Source: Azolla caroliniana
Taxonomy: Eukaryota; Plantae; Polypodiophyta
Direction of reading: 5' to 3'
NCBI GenBank assembly: GCA_043228905.1
Contig: JBHGNT010000021.1
Coordinates: 5,084,001 to 5,148,000 of the forward strand
Length of the DNA: 64,000 bases
Shown: positions 12,059 to 23,800 of the stretch, piece by piece
Position numbering within the stretch: position 1 is the first letter of the stretch
Layout: each line of letters opens with the position of its first letter
Translations under genes and position numbers: made by a program
The notes under the pieces: generated by a model
Told to the model about the DNA's origin: nothing
The model's database searches: none
The model's input: only the letters and a program-made list of their open reading frames with translations

Positions 12059-15000
12059 GGCATAAGTAGAACTATAGGGAGTCTTTCCCCATCGTAAGGT
12101 CTCTACAAGCTCGAGCTAAACTCAAACTTGGAAATTCAATATGAAGTGCATGCCCTCAATCAAAATCTAAGATAAACATTAGGTTTTGTGGAAGTACATG
12201 TCAACTTGTGAACAAATAATAGTGGGAGAAAATTTATTGCAAAGAAAACACCTATAGAATGTCATACATATAATTTGTTAGGACTTGTGTTGCCCCTTAT
12301 AAATTTTCCAACATGAGAAAATAAGTTTTTTTATTTTTCTCCAAATAAAAAACTCCTTCCATTAGTTATAAAATTTTACAAATGAGATTATTATGTACAA
12401 ATCCCTATAGGGACGCGATAGTTCCATCTTATGTGGATGTCCACTGACTCAAGAAAGGGAGAGGACGATCATTGTTGGATGAAGGCTATTCGTTGTCTTT
12501 CAACTCCATCGGAGCTGCCCTTGAGGCCATCATATTGGCTCTTTAGAGTGGCTACAATTTCACTCCATATCTCTTGCAAACGAAATGCCGAGAAGAAAGG
12601 AATCGGTGACAAATGCTCTTTGTGAACTATATATTGGTATTCAAGCTATGAGTTGTTGAATAGCATGGAAAATAGAAGAATGCATGGTATTGTCAATACA
12701 AAGCATTGCCAACACTAAAATCATCAAGTTTTTTTATTCCTACCTTGTTCTTGGGCTTGGTTCAAACAATCATTTGTGGTGATTGATGAAGTTAATGTTC
12801 TTGAACTTCATTTTGGACCATTCATTTCATCAACATACAATGTTTTTGGGATTGGTTCAACCATTTATTTGATTGATAAATTTAAGCTTCTTGTTCACAA
12901 CATGTGGTTACATTAAGCTAAACTTTTTTTGGGAAAAAAAAAACATTAAGCTAAACCATTCAACTTATTTATAGATTAAATTTCTTATTCATAGTCAATT
13001 CTATCCACCACTTGATTTGATTGGATTTATCCTTCATTTGATAAATAAAATAAAATTTTTAATCATGAACCAAGACATCCAACACACTTCTAAATGTGTG
13101 CATACGTTACATGTTATTCACACATCAACTTGTTGTCCAACACAATCTTAATTTGCACATATAATGTCAATGCTTGCAAGTGCCATCTATCTAACTAGTG
13201 GGGTTTTGGAAGTGGGGCTTTATGTTACATTCGCTATATTTAACTCTAAGGGGTTTGTGAGGCAATTGATTAGTAAGCATCAAATATTTAACCGTATGTA
13301 AACACATTGCTATATGTGTTGTAATCCCTATGTCTCACCAAAAACCAAATAATTGAATTTGCAATTTGCGATATGAACTTAATAAGTCTTTTTTTTTTTC
13401 CAAAAACAAAACTCCAACTTGATAAGTCTTAAATAGTAAGGATGTAGAATTAGGTTTGATAAGGTAGCTTGAATGAATTGTCTAATAGAAAAATATAACA
13501 AACAACCATTATATTAGGGGCAATATCAAAAGTACCCCTCCTAGCTCAAGCAATGCCATGCCATATACCCATATCGTTGACAAATATAGTAGTTAATATT
13601 GTTAAATATATACTTCTGTTAAACCAAATGTCCACTAATATGAAACTCAGCGTGTGCTAGAGGGGAATTGCGAAAAAGAGTCACAATTGCTAATCATTCA
13701 TTAGCAACATTATTAAATTGATCATATGACATGTATTTACCAACATGGTGCACATAAACTTTGATAACTATAATTTAAACATGTGAAATAACTTTATTTT
13801 GTGACGAAGCACGTAATTATCGATGTTATTACCAATTTAAAATCAACCGAAAACTAGTGTGATACTCTAATGGATGCTACATAAGTTTGTAATCAATGTG
13901 CTCAAAGATAAACTACTATAACATTTTAACTAGTTTTCTTTTTTTAAAACCTAATATTAAGAAAATAAATATGTTTGACAACCATGAGCTATAATCCTTA
14001 GTCCTTTTCAATTTGTAAAAGATCTCAAAATGATTGATGTGTAAGCTTCAAGAAATCAATTGGATGTAGAGTTTTTTTTTTCCAAACAAAATATGCTTCA
14101 TTAGTAAGATTATGCATACTTGACAACTTGATTAGGCTAACAACATTACATATGCTTCATTAGTAAGTTTCTGCATACTTGATGTTATGTACACATAACG
14201 TTGGTGAGGGTAGGTCACTAATATTTACATTAGTGAAGGGTATGTTCACTATTATTAAAAAGGGGACTAATGATTGGATAGAATGAATGATATGTGCATG
14301 CACTATCATGATTTAGACAACCAATGAATAGAGAGCCTTTTAGAAAGGCACATCTATTCAAGGGGCCTAGGAAAAGGTATAAATATGAGGCTTAGCTACC
14401 CTCATAGGTACATCACGTCGGAAGGCTGCTGTCGTAGACACCGGTGGTGCGGGCTAGGCTTTCGTCTCGACGATCGTGTTTATCTCTTCCAAGGTATTAG
14501 TCATCCTAATATCCGGCGGTATGGGACGTCGGTGGTAGGTTGGCTATGTCTAGATCATAGCTCGGGGGTGGTCGGGTGGAACGGGTTCTTCTATCCAATC
14601 TATTTTCTTCCTTTTTACTTGATTTGGTCTATTGATTAGTAATAGACTCTTAACAGTGGTATCAGAGCTTTTACTAACAATTTTTTTGTTGTTTTGATGT
14701 TTTTGCGTGTGAGCGAGGGGGATCTAACAAGGCTCGTCATGCTCTTCTCAGGATCAAAACAACACTCTAAACCCGGTATTCTTCTTTTTTGATCTCTTCT
14801 CTTTTTCTATTATGCGTTCTTTATGGTCGAATCAAATTGGTATTACGTTTTATTCTCTTTCTTTCTACCTCCTACTACGCTACGATTTTACTTATTATTA
14901 TGCATCGGGCCGAGCGTGTTTGCACTAATCGCACACGCTCAACTCATGGCCTTTTGCATATTGCGATATATATCTCACTCTCTCCTCTCTTGAACTCTTA

Positions 15001-16512
15001 CGATAATAATTATTCTTGTGCATTGGGTCGAGCGTGTTTGCTCTAATCGCACACGCTTATCTCATGGCCGTTTTGCATATGATGTTGAGTATACCACTCT
15101 TCCCCTCTATTGAGCCATCACTTGGCCGATTCTAAGGGATGATGTGGCCTTGACGAGGTGTATGTTGCCTACCTATGCCACTCTACTCTCTATTAAGCCA
15201 TCAATTGGCCGATTCTAAGGGATGATGTGGCCTTGACGAGGTATATGTCACTTACCTATGCCACTTTCCTCTTTAATTAGCCATTACTTGGTCGATTCTA
15301 GGGATATGTGGTGGTCTTGAGGAGGTGCATGTCAACTACCCTAGGGTTTCGTATCTTAGGGCATGTTTGATTCCATACACCTAATTGTTGATTATTCTAA
15401 TTAAATTTTAATTTCATAAGTATTGTTTCACTTATATGATTTTCTAGTAATTATTATTTACCCGCCCACAATTAACTATCCTTTTTCCACTTCCTTTTCA
15501 TGTATAAAGTATTTACATCGTTTATTTTTAATGTAACCTTTACGTGTACACTATTTTTTTCGTATGGAGTGGCTTGTTGAACGATTTTTTTTCAACGGGT
15601 CATCTTGGTTTAACTCTTATCATCAAGCCTTAGAAAACGAGTAAAACCATATGAGTTCCCTTATTGATGTTTTACTCATGGATTTGAGTATTACATCTTT
15701 GCGCACAACACCGTCATCACTTGTATCAATTTGTGGCTTATGTCACAATTGTGCAAGTTATAACAATCATATTGGGATGTATATGTGCATACCTTGCACT
15801 TCCCATTTATTTGTGACATTGTTTTTTTCGTAGGTAACACATGGGTTCTTTTTTTTACCCTTGTTTTCGTCACTACTTAACTCTTATGAGTAGTGCCTTA
15901 TTTTATCATTTTATCATCACGTTTGCTTATTGCTCGCAAGACTAGAATATTACTTGTGAGTGCACTTGTCTTTTCACGTAATACACTTTCTCGACCATAT
16001 AATACATGATGGGTTGGCATTAATATAAGGCTATCTAGGAAATTTCATTGATGTAAGAACCATGGTTGAGCCTCGGGGAGCCGCCATGATTACTCAAGAT
16101 AGAGATCCGAGAAATACATCTTAGCTATGTTTTCCCCCATGGTTTTTAAAACACCATAGTGTTACCATAGTTATCGGATCTTGAATCACATCTCATATGT
16201 CTAGAGGGGTAAAGACATGAGATACTTTCTTGGATAAAGTTCTTTCAATCAAAATTTCAAGCATTCATTTTGCTTGTGTATTTTCTGAACCTCCTTATTT
16301 TATTGCATACCCACAGCGTGCATCATGGAACAAGTTTTGAACGCAGTTGGAACGATCTCTCCAAATGAGACCTCTCAACCCCAATCCGCATCTCGCACAC
16401 AAGCTGAGATCACTATTGAGCAATTGCTCACTACTATAACAATTAAATTTGAAGGTCTAAAATATTATCCTTGCAAGCTAAGTTTATTTTATGCTAATTA
16501 AAAGCTAATGCC

Positions 16513-19500
16513 TTGAATCAATTGGCCGAAATGAGACAGGCCAATATGGCATTGGAAAAGAAATTCCAAGAATTAACTATTGAGTCCAAGAAAGAAGGTG
16601 AACCTTCCTTCGTAGTCACGCCTTTCAAGGGAGATAAGAAAGAAAGAACCGAGGAGGCCATTAGCACTTGGCTTGGTCGTTGGGAGTCTCACTTTGAGCT
16701 TCATCCCAAGCCCGATGCAGTAAAAATTGGTTATGTCGGTCGTGAGTTAGGTGGCCGAGCTGCTGCTTGGTGGCGTGGCCTAAGGACCGCAAAAAACTTA
16801 CCCACAACTTGGGAAGGTTTCGTTGATGTTTTTAAGAAACAATTCTTGCAGCCACCTTCTCAAACCGAACAAGCGCAACACTTGCTCACATTGTCTAGTA
16901 AGCCATTTACCTCTCTCGAGGATTATGTGCATCACGCTCGGACCCAGATCCAAAAATCGGGACTTACGGGTGAGAAATGGTTTGTTGCTTGTTTTTTGAA
17001 TGGTATTCCCAATGGGGATTATCATTGGATTGTCCATGACAAGGACCCCACAACTTTCGAGGAAGCCGTCAACATTGTGCTGCGATACCATAGGACTTCC
17101 AAGAAAGACCACAATAAACCTGAGTTCGCCAAAACTCCGAATGTCAAGTTCATTGGGAAACGTAAGCAATCCAGTGACACTCTTGACCGCGACTCAAAGA
17201 AACCGAACCTCTTCTGTGCATATTGCAAGAAGCGGGGCCACACAAAGGATACCTGTCGTCGTCTTGAGAGGAAGTCAATGAACACCCCTCCTCAAGACAA
17301 ATCTACGAGTCACACAGGTGAGTCTTTTGATATTGTTGAAGTTCATACCAATCACTTAAGTTTATGTGAATGCACTTTTCCTTCACATTTACTTGGACCT
17401 AATGATTTACTCCGAGCAGTCGGATATATCAATGGAACACAAGCACATTTCTTGTTTGATTCCGGTAGTTCTCACAATTTTCTTAATGATCACTTTGTGC
17501 AGCAAATGGAGCTCCACATAAACGCAAGTGATCATATCTATCAAGTTCACATGGCAAATGGAAACGTTCAATACATCAGTGGCATTGTTTGTCAACTACC
17601 AATTCAAATAGATACTTATTTGGAGAAGCTTGACTTTCATGTTATGAAATTACAATCCGCAGATGTCATTTTAGGATATCCTTGGTTTTTTAATAAAAAC
17701 CCTTCTTTGTCCATTGATTGGGTTAATCACTCAATCACATTTGAACTTAATAATTGTAAACATTTTATTCAATGTTCCAAACTTCCTTCTCATTCACTTG
17801 TGTCTTCTAAATCTTTAAGTGAGTATTCTAGTTCATTAATTTATTCGTGTGTAATTGATCCTGCGGTTCAATTTTATTATTTTAATATTGACGCCACACA
17901 ATTACCACATTTTGAGCAACGATTACTCGACTCTATTTTAGAGGATTTTCAAGATGTGTTTCCTACTGAATTACCGCTTACTTTACCACCTAAACGTAAT
18001 GTGGACCATCAAATTGAACTCATCCCTGGGGCTGCTCCTGTGAGCATTCCACCTTACCGACTTAGTCGATTAGAAGAGGATGAGATCGCTAAACAACTTA
18101 AGGAATACTTGAGTATGGGCCACATTAGGTATAGTAAATCACCTTGGGGTGCGCCAGTTCTATTAGTCAAGAAGAAGGAAGGTTCGTGGCGAATGTGTAT
18201 CAATTATCGCCGTTTGAATAAAATGACAATTAAGAATGCATATCCATTACCTCGTGCCGATGATTTGATTGATCGTTTGCACGGGGCTCGATATTTTACG
18301 AAAATTGACTTACGAACTGGTTATCATCAGATTCGCATCGCCGAGGATGATATTCCTAAAACCGCTTTTCGTACGCGCTATGGCCATTATGAGTTTTTAG
18401 TCATGCCATTTGGGTTGACTAATGCTCCAGCCACATTCCAACAAGCGATGAATGATGTTTTCCGAGATCAACTCGGTGATTTTGTTGTCGTCTTCTTGGA
18501 TGATATTTTGATATATAGCCGTACCTTGCAAGATCATGTTCAACATGTTCGATTTGTTTTGCGAAAGTTGCGTGACAACTCTTTCTATGCAAAACATTCA
18601 AAATGTGACTTCTTCCAAAAATCTATTGTGTACCTAGGTCATTTAATTACAGAAAATGGCGTTGAAATTGAACCTTCTCGTATTGAAAAGGTTAAACTTT
18701 GGCCCATTCCTCGTAATATTCGTGAACTTAGATCATTCTTAGGGTTTGTTGGATTTTTACGAAAATCAATTCGTAACTATTCCAAATTGACTACGCCATT
18801 AACTGACCTTTTAAAAGGTCATCCACGTAACTCTGTCAAACCAATTTCATGGAATGAACAACTTGACAAATCATTTGAGACACTCAAGGAGCATGTGTGT
18901 CAGGCTCCCACTCTTCTATTACCAGACCCTTCTAAGCCTTTCTCAATTGAAACCGATGCTAGTGATTATGCTATTGGTGCCGTTCTTTATCAAGGTGGTC
19001 ACCCTATTGCTTTTGAAAGTAAGAAGCTTGATGCTGCTCAATCTCGGTATTCGGTTCAAGAGAAAGAGTTGTTTGCGGTGATACACGCACTTAAAACATG
19101 GAGGCACTATCTTTATGGAAATAAATTTGTGGTTACAACAGACCATCAATCATTAAAGTATTTTTGTGACCAGCCCGATCTTGTTGGTCGTAAAGGCCGT
19201 TGGGTTGACCTTATGCAAGATTTTGATTTTTCCATACGATATCGCAAGGGTTCTATGAACACCGTTGCTGATGCTCTTAGTCGCATTAAAGAAGTTAACA
19301 TGCTTAGCTTCACGGAAATAAAATCTGATCTTTTAGATCACCTTCGAGGGAAATACCTTGATGACAGTTATTTCTCAAAATACTAGACGAAAGCCGAATC
19401 TGGTTTAGATGCCGATACTAGCACCCTACCCTCGAAGGCGACCTTTCACATTACAAACGGTTTGCTCTACCGTAGTGGAAAGGTCTGTGTTCCAGATTTA

Positions 19501-20802
19501 CCAAATGTTAAACAGAAATTTTTTCATGAATGTCATGATGCACCATCTGCTGGTCATCCTGGAATACAACGCACACTCGTTCTCATCTCGTGTACTTTTT
19601 TCTGGCCTAAGATGCGCTCTGACGTGCATAAATACGTAACTCAATGCTTACAATGTCAGATTAATAAGTCGGAACGACTTAAAGCTGCTGGTCTTTTACA
19701 TCCCTTAGATATTCCCAACAATAAATGGGAAAGTATCTCGATGGATTTTATTGTTAGTTTACCTCGTACACAGAGGGGTCATGATGCCATATGGGTTGTC
19801 GTTGACAGGCTAACAAAATTAGCTAGATTTATTCCTACAAAAACCACGGTAACCGCTCACCAATTGGCTTATCAATTTGTTGATGAGTTATTTCGTTTTT
19901 ATGGATTACCGATGGATATTGTTAGTGATCGAGATTCCAAGTTTACTAGTGACTTTTGGACTCAGGTCTTTAAGAAACTAGAAACTACGTTGAGCATGAG
20001 TTCCGCAGATCATCCTCAGTCTGATGGACAAACTGAACGAGTTAATCAAATTATTGAGGACATGCTTCGAGCTTATGTAGCAAAAACCCCTTCTAAGTGG
20101 GAGCAATACCTTCCTATCTTAGAATTTGCCTATAATAGCTCTAAACATACATCCACTGGATATAGTCCTTTTATGTTGATGTATGGTTTTCAGCCACGTG
20201 CCCCAGTTGATGTCACGATTCATCGTGATACATTAGACAGTACACGCAATTTTTTGCAAGACATGAACCAAATGTTGCATATTGCCAAAGAAAATGTCAA
20301 GACAGCTCAAGATCGTGCTCGATTTTATGCTGATCAGGATAGACGTCCTCGTGCATTTACTATTGGTCAAAAAGTTTTTTTGCGTGTCCCGATTGATTCT
20401 ACGTCATTATCTACGGGCAAGTGCGCTAAGTTAGCCCCACGATATTGTGGCCCATTTGAAATCCTTAAGCGAGTTGGGTCATCTGCTTATCACCTTGCCT
20501 TACCTCGTAACGTTGGTATTCATCTTGTTTTTCACGTCAGTCGTCTAAAACCATTTTTAGGCTCTGGTGATAACACCATCACAATCCAAGATCTTGTAAC
20601 ATTAGAGGATTTTTCTTACAAACCTCATGTTCCTGAACGAATTCTTGATTCTCGTACTAAACGTTTACGTTCTAAAGAGATTCGGCTATTCAAGATCAAA
20701 TGGATGGATAAACCTATTGATGATGCCACATGGGAACGCGAGCATTCGCTTAAGGCACAATTTCCTCACTTTATATTGCAAGAGTGCAATCTTTTGAAGT
20801 AG
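16513..20802 (+). CDS. Gag-pol polyprotein (gag, CCHC knuckle, protease, RT, RNase H, integrase, chromodomain) with one in-frame TAG at 19384-19386
   Basis: Motifs [55 protein letters not shown]...CLQCQ, SMDF...SDRD...GQTERVN, YCGPF and C-terminal PERILD...[14 protein letters not shown]. The ORFs at 16513 and 19462 share a frame. Confidence 0.93.
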
Positions 20803-20828
20803 GGGAGTATGTTATGTACACATAACGT

Positions 20829-23800
20829 TGTCGTAGTGTATTTTGTACACTACGTGAAAAACGTATATAGTATTAGATTCAATAAAAAATGAAGAAATAG
20901 AAGAAAATAGCAAAATAAATGGAACATGCATAGGGCAAGATTCGAACCTTGCACCTCCATGTTAATAATGTAATGTCTTACCATTACACTAGCATTTCAT
21001 TAGTGTTAAAGCATAGATGTCCCACATAGAAAGGTAAATTCACGCTAGGATAAACATTAGAAAAACGCATAACAAAAGAAAAAGCTACACATACACATCT
21101 AGCGTGCATGATAAAAAACGCACAAGTTAGAAAAAGCATGATCACTTTAGATAAAGCATATAGTCTATCTATAGGAAAAGCATGGGGTCTATAGTTAGAG
21201 AAAAAGCATGGATTACTAAGACTTCCTCATCACTACATAAGGATGGGAAGCACAATGTAATTGTGTGTAAAAATACTTGGAAACTGGATATGTTTCTAAA
21301 ACAAACACCAATTAATAAACTATACTCGTGGGATTCACGAGGATTCTATATCATTCTCTTTCAACCCAAATTTATATTCTTATATTCATATTGATTAATC
21401 TAATACAATACACTTGTGGGATTCACGAGTTTGCTATAACTCTTTCTTACAACATATTTATATTCTTATTAGCCTTAAAACTCTCCTCTTCCTAGTCCAA
21501 AACCTCGGCGGTTCCCACCCGACTCACGCAAACGATCTGGAGCCGAAAGGCACGACACAAGTTGGTGAACCCGACGTGAAGGCGGGTGGCAAGGAGATGG
21601 AGAATCAACAAGAGGCGATGAACATGATGATGATAATGTTTGAGCGGATGCAACAAGAACAACGTGCGATGTCGGAGATGAAGGCGGCAGTAGAGCGGCT
21701 TCTGCGACGAAACGGGGAATTCAACGGTAAGGGTGTGTCACGCTACCTACGTGAATATAAGGCGGAGATGATGCAATATCGGATACCGGAAGGATTGCAA
21801 GTGATATCCTTTAGTCGGGTGGCCTCGGACGAACTACAAGAGAGAATCCACAAGATACAACAACAAAACTCGACATGGGAGTCCTTTGAAGAAGCTTTAC
21901 GGGAGGCATATGACTATGAGAGATGGACGGGACGAGATCGACGAGAATTTGACGAATGGGTGGCGTCGGAGAAGACTCACCGAAGTGCAACGCAAGCGTT
22001 CCTAGAGTTCGAGCATCGTTTTGCTCGACTCTCGGAGCGGGAACGAAGATTGGTGGGAGGAGATAAAGTCTTAATGTTCGTAAGATCGATCGATCGGAAA
22101 GAAAGGATGGACATTGGGATCGAACTCGAAGACGATGAAGGTACAAATGGTCTTACCGAGGATTGGGCTAAAGTCGAAAGGGTATGCCGGAGACATGATG
22201 AGAGGAAGATGAGAATCTTGTCAACGACATGGCCGATGAAGGATGGTCGATTGAGGAAAAACGATGAAGCCAATATGAAGGCCGAAATACAACATGATGG
22301 TACCACGGGAGAAAGAGTGGAACAAGACACCCACTCGTCTTGTGAAAGAACGATGGCGAAGGATAAGGCCGATAATTCAAGTGTAGAAGGAAATTTCGGG
22401 ATACAAGTGCCCGAGACATCGGGTCAAAAAGGGGTAAGCATAATAGATGTTTGCATAATTGATGCAGATAAAGAGTGTGAAGCGGATGTGATTAAGGAGG
22501 TAGCCACAAAAGACGAAATCGAATCGGAGGTGGCTATGGACGAATCAATGGCGGATTGCCATATCGAGACTTCCCCACCACTGATTCCAGAGACTCCGGC
22601 GGTTGCGATCGAAAGGCAACGTGAGACCGAAGAGACGGAAGGTGGCGGAGAGAAAACGAATGTCGAAGCCGACGAATACGATGAAGAGATAGCCGAGAAT
22701 AATGCTAAGGGTGAAACTACGAAAGAAGGTAATACCGAGGATTCATGCCAACAATATCTAGAGACTTCGGCGGTTGTGTTCGAGAACCAACGTGAGACCG
22801 GAGAGACGGGAGATGGCGGCGAGGAAGGTAAAGTCGGAAGTCGGTTCGGATGGAAAATGATCCATCCGAAATTCCAATCTAAAAGAAAGTGCGACAATGC
22901 GGAGGTCGGGTCTACGACGGGAGAAGCGCGTAATACAGAGCACGCTCTACGGCGAATAAAGAAACGCGTGTTATGGCGAATAAAGAAGCACGCGCTACGG
23001 CGAGAAAAGAAGCATGCATTACAACCACACGAGGACCGAACAACGAGCACATATCGGAGGACCTACGTGGCGAACAACGGAAAGAAGTGCCGAAAGTCGA
23101 ACCGGACAAGGCAGGTGAAAACGAAGAAAAGAAAGCAAATCCGGACGAAAAGAAAAGAAAAGAAACCGACCCGAAAGAGCACTGAATCGGTAAAAACCGA
23201 TCAACCGAGTCCGGATCGACCGAATACAAATCGGAAAGGAAGCCGAACTAAACGAAAGACGATCCGACGAGACCGAATCGGAAGTAAGCTAATCCGACTA
23301 AACCGAAAATCCGAAAAGAAGTCGAGATTGATGAAGAAAAGAAAGAGGGCAAGAAAAGATACTACCGCGGATGACAAGGACCAAGCGGGCCATGCAAAAA
23401 GCGAACGAAGACTATGGTGGATCGGATGTCGACAATGGTTCGGGTGGAAAGAATGGATGTGCTCCAAATGGAGAGACAAAGTCAACATAACAAGAGAAGT
23501 CGAGGGTACTACGAGCCGGCAACGAAACCAATCGGGTAGAGCCCGGACGGAGGAGACTAACAAACACCAACAACTTCGGCACATACCGGAGGATGTGCGG
23601 GTTTGGAGGGGGTGAGTGTCGTAGTGTATTTTGTACACTACGTGAAAAACGTATATAGTATTAGATTCAATAAAAAATGAAGAAATAGAAGAAAATAGCA
23701 AAATAAATGGAACATGCATAGGGCAAGATTCGAACCTTGCACCTCCATGTTAATAATGTAATGTCTTACCATTACACTAGCATTTCATTAGTGTTAAAGC

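Noticed and set aside
14091-14182. Apparent long TSD around the chromovirus (matching 24804-24835)
   Set aside because: A pre-existing ~59-bp tandem duplication into whose second unit the element inserted; the true TSD is CTTGA.
14385-14639. Duplicated 84-aa ORF (also 24533-24787) and 70-aa ORF (21182, 23970)
   Set aside because: They are duplicated only because they lie in LTRs.
20920-20998. Functional tRNA gene inside the LTR
   Set aside because: The acceptor stem does not pair and no clean anticodon loop is present; reported only as a tRNA-like module.
21414-21596. N-terminal extension of the 733-aa ORF
   Set aside because: It starts at a GTG inside the LTR and crosses the PBS; the ATG at 21597 is the plausible start.
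21811-23719. Long antisense ORFs (111-208 aa) in the gag-only element
   Set aside because: Ser/Phe-rich shadows of a purine-rich sense frame with no recognisable motifs.
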